DNA from: an uncultured Alphaproteobacteria bacterium
Lineage (GTDB): Bacteria; Pseudomonadota; Alphaproteobacteria; Rhodobacterales; Rhodobacteraceae
DNA length: 64,000 bases
Direction: 5' to 3'
NCBI GenBank assembly: GCA_902533625.1
Contig: CACAMI010000003.1
Span: 37,431 to 101,430, forward strand
Both the position numbers and the translations under genes were made by a program. The notes below the pieces were generated by a model that had not been told where the DNA came from, made no database searches, and worked only from the letters and a program-made list of their open reading frames with translations. Of this stretch, positions 59,230 through 64,000 are shown piece by piece. Every line of letters starts with the position of its first letter. Positions within the stretch are counted from its first letter, which is position 1.

Positions 59230-60420
59230 ATGAACTCCATTTATAGAAAATCTTTTTTTGATATGCCTGAAAATATTATCTATTTGGATGGCAATTCATT
59301 GGGGCCTCTTTTGAAAGGGATAACTGAAGAGTCAGAAAGAGTTATAAATAAAGAATGGGGAGAAAAGCTAATTAAGGGGTGGAATGAATCCCACTGGATG
59401 GACCAGCCAGTTCGAGTGGGAAACAAGCTTGCTAGAATTTTGAAAGCTGAAGAAGGTTCGATAATTTTGGGAGAAACTTTATCACTGAAGTTATATCAGG
59501 CGCTGGGATCTGCATTAGACCTGAATAATGAAAGAAAAGTGATACTAACTGATTCTGGAAATTTTCCATCGGATTTATACATTGCTAAAGGGTTAATAGA
59601 TACCTTAAATAGAAATTTAGAATTGAGAATTGTTAAACCAGAAGAAGTTGAAAGCTCCATCAATGAAGATGTTGCGGTGGTAATGTTAACTCAAGTCGAT
59701 TATCGGACTGGTAGGATCCATGATCTAGAACTTATAACAAAGAAATCTCATGCTAGTGGTGCGGTTATGCTTTGGGATTTGGCACATAGTGCAGGTGCAT
59801 TGCCCGTAAATTTAGAGAAAAGCAATTGTGACTTTGCTGTTGGATGCACTTACAAATATTTGAACGGTGGTCCGGGGGCTCCAGGATTTATTTATGTAAG
59901 ACCAGATTTAATTAAAAAGTGCTCACCAGCAATTAAGGGCTGGTTGGGCCACAAGGCACCTTTTGCTTTTGAAAGAGAATTCAGAAAAGCGGAAACAATT
60001 GATGTAATGAGGGTCGGAACACCGTCGGTAATCCAGATGTCTATTTTGGAAAAGGCATTAGATATTTGGAATAATATCGAAATGTCAGATTTAAGAGAAA
60101 AAACTATTGAACTTTCAGAGATATTTATTTGTGAAATGGAAAAGAAATGTCCACAGATAAAACTTGCAAGCCCTAGAAATTCAGAACTTCGCGGATCTCA
60201 AGTATCTTTTTTCTTTGATGATGGATATGCTGTTATTCAGGCACTAATAGATGAAGGTGTGATTGGTGATTTTAGAGCACCAAACATTATGCGTTTTGGT
60301 ATAACACCTTTGTATATAAATGAAGACGATATTTTAAATGCTGTTACCTGCCTTGAAAGAATATTAAGACAGGATCTTTGGAAAAAAGATAAATTTATTA
60401 AGAAGAAAGCCGTTACTTAA
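59230..60420 (+). CDS. kynU: Kynureninase
   Basis: IIYLDGNSLGP, DLAHSAGALP, PLP-lysine block GCTYKYLNGGPGAPG, RFGITPLY. The ATG at 59230 is preferred over the GTG at 59218. Confidence 0.85.
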   Translation: MNSIYRKSFFDMPENIIYLDGNSLGPLLKGITEESERVINKEWGEKLIKGWNESHWMDQPVRVGNKLARILKAEEGSIILGETLSLKLYQALGSALDLNNERKVILTDSGNFPSDLYIAKGLIDTLNRNLELRIVKPEEVESSINEDVAVVMLTQVDYRTGRIHDLELITKKSHASGAVMLWDLAHSAGALPVNLEKSNCDFAVGCTYKYLNGGPGAPGFIYVRPDLIKKCSPAIKGWLGHKAPFAFEREFRKAETIDVMRVGTPSVIQMSILEKALDIWNNIEMSDLREKTIELSEIFICEMEKKCPQIKLASPRNSELRGSQVSFFFDDGYAVIQALIDEGVIGDFRAPNIMRFGITPLYINEDDILNAVTCLERILRQDLWKKDKFIKKKAVT

Positions 60421-61287
60421 TTAAGGCTTTTCGGACAGTGCCCAGTCCCAATACATTTCTCGAGCTTTTTTGGTTACCGGTCCAATTTGAAAATTAGTTT
60501 CATCAAATGCTGATACAGGAGTAACCTTCATCATATTTCCAGAAGCAAAAACCTCATCCGCATCATGAAAATCTGCATAAGATAAAACTTTTTCAATAAC
60601 TTTATAACCATTGTCACGAAAGTTCTTTATATGGCGCGCTCGTGTTATTCCAGCCAGGAAAGTACCATTTGAGATAGGGGTAAAAATTTCTCCATTTTTC
60701 ACCATAAATATGTTGGCTGTCGCTGTTTCAGCTACATTCCCTGCAAAGTCTGAAACGAGGGCATTTCCAAAGCCTTTGGATCTGGCTTCGGTGAGCATTC
60801 TAGCATTATTTGGGTATAAACAACCTGCCTTGGCGTTAACTACATTATCAGCAAGTACAGGCCTTCTAAAACGAGTAGTTGTCAGTGTTGTTGAACTATC
60901 TGCTGGAGCCATCGGTATCTCTTCCAAGCAAACTGAAAAAGCTGTAGAATTTTCTAGAGGAACAATTGCAAGTTCTCCGCCATCTACCGCCCAATACATA
61001 GGGCGAATATAAATTGGAGCTGATTTGTCACATCGTTTCAAACCTTCCCAAATTATTTTTACCATATCGTCTGCAGCGACTGTTGGAGTTATCATCATTG
61101 CTTTAGCGGATTGGTTAACCCTATTACAATGTGCCAAAAGGTCCGGAGCGACCCCATCGAAGTATCTGGCACCATCAAAAACACTGGTTCCTAACCACGT
61201 TCCATGATCAGCTGCTTTCATAATTGGTGTATTTTCACTTTTCCATTCGCCGCTAAAGTACGTTTGGATATTTTTTCCTGATGCCAT
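60421..61287 (-). CDS. Class IV (fold-type IV) aminotransferase, branched-chain-amino-acid aminotransferase-like
   Basis: 288 aa. GTSVFDGARYF, IRPMYW, AKAGCLYPNN, ETATANIF, LAGITR. The stop abuts the kynU stop with zero spacer. Confidence 0.7.
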   Translation of the reverse strand: MASGKNIQTYFSGEWKSENTPIMKAADHGTWLGTSVFDGARYFDGVAPDLLAHCNRVNQSAKAMMITPTVAADDMVKIIWEGLKRCDKSAPIYIRPMYWAVDGGELAIVPLENSTAFSVCLEEIPMAPADSSTTLTTTRFRRPVLADNVVNAKAGCLYPNNARMLTEARSKGFGNALVSDFAGNVAETATANIFMVKNGEIFTPISNGTFLAGITRARHIKNFRDNGYKVIEKVLSYADFHDADEVFASGNMMKVTPVSAFDETNFQIGPVTKKAREMYWDWALSEKP

Positions 61288-61385
61288 TACGAATCCTTTT
61301 TATAAAGTGTTTTAAAGAATAACGTATCGACTAAAAATAAATTTTGAAGCCTTTTTTCTTTATAAGGAAATTTCATATTTAATTT

Positions 61386-62492
61386 TTAGATTTCACACAG
61401 CTTATAACTGGATTTTTCGAGCCACTTTTTATTAAAATCAACTCCCCATCCTGGACCACTTGGAATTGAGCACTGGCCTTCTTTTACTTCAAAAGGGGTT
61501 CCATCAAATAGGTCTACCTGCCATGGGTAGTAATCTGATCCCTCTATGGAGAGTTCAAGATATTTACCGGAGTTTGGAATTGATTTTAAAAAATGCATAG
61601 TGCAAATGGTCACCAAAGATAAGTTGGCGGCGTGAGGTGTGCAGGGTATATTTGCCTTATTCGCCATTTCTGCAACTCTGAGAGCGCGAGTTAAACCTCC
61701 CATGTACATAACATCTGGTTGCATTATATCTGTCACTTTTCTATCAATAAGATCTTGCCAGATTCGTATGTCACAGTCCTGCTCTCCGCCGGTTACATCG
61801 ATTTCAAGAGCTTCTGTTACCTTCTTTGTTTCATTCGGAAGCCAGTAGGGGCACGGTTCTTCAAAATGAGAGATGTCGTTATCGATTAATTTTTTTCCTA
61901 TCTCTATAGCGTCTATATGAAAATAACAGCTATTTGCATCGACAAGTTTTTCTACTCCATGACCTAGTGCTTTCGGAACAATTTGTATAATCTCTTCAGT
62001 TCTGCCTTCCCATTCGTCCTTACCGTTACCGCACTCAGAGCCAATTCTAAACTTAAAAGCATCAAATCCGAATTCGTCTCTTAGTTTGCACAAGCGTTGA
62101 GCTTCGTTTTTAGGCGTAATATCTCGTTTCATAGATGAGCCATAAGCTCTTAATTTACCTGGCTGCCCTCCTAATAATTCAACTACTGATACTCTCTTGA
62201 TTTTTCCCAACCAGTCCCAAAGAGCGGTATCTATGCCAGAAAAAGCTCTCAAAAGGTATGAACCTGGAAATTTATGCTCTTTCCGAAGAATCAAATTTTC
62301 AACACTTTCAAAAGATGAAAAAGAAACTCCCAAAATATGCGGTACGATTTGTCGGTGGAAAATTTCACAAGTAATGTCAGCACAATAGGTTGACATTTGC
62401 CCCCAGCCTGTCGATCCGTCATCCATTGTTAATTTAACAGCACTTATATGTACGTTAGTAAAAGTTTCTATTTTTTTAATCTTAAATTCCAT
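61386..62492 (-). CDS. Enolase-superfamily enzyme (mandelate racemase/muconate-lactonizing-enzyme family)
   Basis: Metal/acid-base blocks FKFRIG, LVDANSCY, FEEP, TGGE, DIMQPD, CTPH. The true start is probably the ATG at 62492 (MEFKIKKIETF), 1 nt after the cysQ stop. The track ORF is N-terminally over-extended. Confidence 0.75.
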   Translation of the reverse strand: MEFKIKKIETFTNVHISAVKLTMDDGSTGWGQMSTYCADITCEIFHRQIVPHILGVSFSSFESVENLILRKEHKFPGSYLLRAFSGIDTALWDWLGKIKRVSVVELLGGQPGKLRAYGSSMKRDITPKNEAQRLCKLRDEFGFDAFKFRIGSECGNGKDEWEGRTEEIIQIVPKALGHGVEKLVDANSCYFHIDAIEIGKKLIDNDISHFEEPCPYWLPNETKKVTEALEIDVTGGEQDCDIRIWQDLIDRKVTDIMQPDVMYMGGLTRALRVAEMANKANIPCTPHAANLSLVTICTMHFLKSIPNSGKYLELSIEGSDYYPWQVDLFDGTPFEVKEGQCSIPSGPGWGVDFNKKWLEKSSYKLCEI

Positions 62493-62493
62493 T

Positions 62494-63291
62494 TTACTTA
62501 AACCTTTTTTGTGGTCTGAATTGACCCCATGCGATAAAGCCACCGTTTCTATAGTTTGCTTTTCCATATTTGAATATATTTGTGCCATCAGTATCTGTTA
62601 CAAAACCTCCGGCAGCCCTAAGAATAGCATCACCTGCAGCTGTGTCCCATTCCATTGTAGGTCCGAACCTTGGGTAAACGTCAGCTTCACCAGTGGCGAC
62701 GAGGCAGAATTTGAGAGAAGATCCAATGGATACTGTCTTTTCAATATTATGAGAAATTAACCAGTTATTTGTTTCTTGATCTCGGTGTGAGGCACTGGCT
62801 ACGGCGATTATATTTAGGTTCTTAGTTTTAGATAAATTTAAACGCTTTGTCGGAATATCTCGTTCTTCGGAGAAACTATTTAAGGTTATTCCAGAGAAGT
62901 ATCTACCAAGCGCTGGTGCATAAACTATCCCAAAGATTGGGAGATTATTCTGAATTAATGCTATATTGACCGTGAAGCTGCCCTTACCATCTTTTTTTAA
63001 AAACTCTTTTGTTCCATCTAAGGGGTCAACTAAAAAAAAAGTTTCAGTAGCTTGTATCTTATGGCTTTCAGAATTTTCTTCTGAAATTATTGGTATGTCA
63101 GGGCACAGGTCTTTCAAAGCCGGTATTATGATATTTTCTGACAATTTATCAGCTTCAGTAACTGGAGATCCATCAGACTTTTTGTTAAACTCAAAATCTT
63201 TTTCATATACTTCCATAACCGCACTTCCTGCTCGTATAACAACTGACTCCAAATCTTGTTTAAGATTTTCTAGTAAATTGACTTTGATCAT
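62494..63291 (-). CDS. cysQ: 3'(2'),5'-bisphosphate nucleotidase (inositol-monophosphatase superfamily, CysQ-like)
   Basis: SEEN, LVDPLDGTKEF, WDTAAGDAIL motifs. The N-terminus from the ATG at 63291 aligns with the typical CysQ start. Confidence 0.7.
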   Translation of the reverse strand: MIKVNLLENLKQDLESVVIRAGSAVMEVYEKDFEFNKKSDGSPVTEADKLSENIIIPALKDLCPDIPIISEENSESHKIQATETFFLVDPLDGTKEFLKKDGKGSFTVNIALIQNNLPIFGIVYAPALGRYFSGITLNSFSEERDIPTKRLNLSKTKNLNIIAVASASHRDQETNNWLISHNIEKTVSIGSSLKFCLVATGEADVYPRFGPTMEWDTAAGDAILRAAGGFVTDTDGTNIFKYGKANYRNGGFIAWGQFRPQKRFK

Positions 63292-63348
63292 TGATTGAAA
63301 CCTCTTCCAGGGGTAATTTTTTTTTGAATCCAAGTATCTTAAATAAGA

Positions 63349-64000
63349 TTAAACAAAAAGATCTACATGCTTGAATTTAGTTACGTCTATTATGCCTAAA
63401 TCTGAGATCCTTATTTCAGGTATTACAGCTAAAGCCAGAAGGGAGTGCTGCATTATGGCATTATTCAACTGGCACCCACAGGTTTCCATTGCTGAAACAA
63501 TCAAATTTGCCTTTTTTGCCACAACTTCAGCGACCTTATCAGACATAAGGCCTGCTATTGGTAGTTCTAGAAGAGCTAACAATTTTCCTTTTGAAAAAAC
63601 AACTAAACCTCCACCAATTTCATTAAGTTTATTTGCTGCTAAGGCCATATCTTTTTTTTCTGTTCCCACGACGATCATATGATGACTATCGTGTGCAATG
63701 GTCGAAGCGACAGCACAGTCAACTTTATACCCAAAGCCTGAAACAAAACCGTTTACAATTTTTCCAGTGGAGTGATGGCGCTCAATTAATGATATCTGGC
63801 ATATATCTTTAGCTCGATCCATTTCAACGATTTTACCCTCAACTTTTAGCTCAGATATAAGTAACTTTGTCGGTGCTTGGTTTTCAACTACCCCAATTGT
63901 TCTAACCTTTGCTGATTTCTTATTGCTATTCTTTATTTTTATATCAAAATCATGGAGGTCTATTCTCTTCTTCATATTAATGGTAGATCTGGCAAATTTT
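63349..64000 (-). CDS. Adenine deaminase, C-terminal part (5' end lies beyond the window)
   Basis: The reading frame stays open upstream of the ATG at 63975 to the window edge. SLIERHHSTGKIVNGFVSGFG, IAHDSHHMIVVG and GGGLVV are typical of the adenine deaminase C-terminal domain. Confidence 0.6.
   Translation of the reverse strand, partial: KFARSTINMKKRIDLHDFDIKIKNSNKKSAKVRTIGVVENQAPTKLLISELKVEGKIVEMDRAKDICQISLIERHHSTGKIVNGFVSGFGYKVDCAVASTIAHDSHHMIVVGTEKKDMALAANKLNEIGGGLVVFSKGKLLALLELPIAGLMSDKVAEVVAKKANLIVSAMETCGCQLNNAIMQHSLLALAVIPEIRISDLGIIDVTKFKHVDLFV

Noticed and set aside
60418-60425. TTAATTAA palindrome as a protein-binding or restriction-type site
   Set aside because: It is simply two back-to-back TAA stop codons of convergent genes.
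63349-63975. Calling a complete 208-aa stand-alone protein starting at the ATG at 63975
   Set aside because: The frame remains open to the window end, and the sequence corresponds to only the C-terminal domain of adenine deaminase. It is more likely a truncated view of a longer gene.
1-64000. Search for CRISPR arrays, IS elements/transposases, integrases, prophage genes, toxin-antitoxin pairs, tRNA or rRNA genes
   Set aside because: I saw no regularly spaced direct repeats, no transposase, integrase or phage-like ORFs, and no tRNA T-arm (GGTTCGAATCC-like) or rRNA signatures. The window is metabolic and chromosomal, and the accessory character rests only on gene content.

Overview
This is a visibly AT-rich, very gene-dense chromosomal segment with about 60 CDS on both strands. 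Many genes overlap by 1-8 nt, SD sites and intrinsic terminators are few, and TTG/GTG starts are frequent. That style fits a streamlined marine heterotrophic proteobacterium, but I cannot assign taxonomy from sequence alone. I found no rRNA, tRNA, CRISPR array, transposase or integrase.

Content, left to right:
- **3-695:** phoB-like response regulator.
- **720-15917:** a tryptophan-to-anthranilate-to-2-aminobenzoyl-CoA catabolic block. It holds a TDO-like gene, two alpha/beta-fold formamidase paralogues, a fused anthraniloyl-CoA monooxygenase/reductase, beta-oxidation-like enzymes, an aryl-CoA ligase, a LivKHMGF-type ABC importer and RidA. Kynureninase sits 44 kb downstream of the end of this block, at 59230.
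- **15987-25198:** an accessory-looking stretch.
  - Two cytosolic-type sulfotransferases bracket a Rieske oxygenase, a GFA-family protein and two small paralogues.
  - A crotonase follows.
  - A GrdB/PrdB-family gene is interrupted by a single in-frame TGA in a U-x-x-C context, so it is a probable selenoprotein.
  - A rhodanese, a cupin and a TfdA/TauD-like dioxygenase complete the stretch.
- **25289-32206:** a second oxygenase-rich block. A PhnZ/MIOX-like HD-domain protein is co-directional with, and 48 nt upstream of, a split glutamate-synthase-like trio (mgsABC/glxBCD-type). The block is flanked by a 2OG oxygenase, a beta-lactamase-fold hydrolase and a class V aminotransferase.
- **32203-36898:** an AlkB-like hydroxylase plus an acyl-CoA dehydrogenase, a leaderless PhnD-like protein and glycerate 2-kinase.
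- **37044-41656:** a tandem glycine riboswitch followed by gcvT-gcvH-gcvP.
- **41715-49648:** a CoA-transferase, a GST and a homogentisate operon (hmgA-fahA-MBL-FAD hydroxylase-DUF2783-maiA).
- **49722-64000:** MarR, an aldehyde dehydrogenase, canonical gltBD, an EamA transporter, kynU, a class IV aminotransferase, an enolase-superfamily enzyme, cysQ and a truncated adenine deaminase.

Most interesting candidates:
- The recoded GrdB-like selenoprotein in an orphan context.
- The HD-oxygenase plus mgsABC-like operon island.
- The twin-sulfotransferase/Rieske/GFA cluster.
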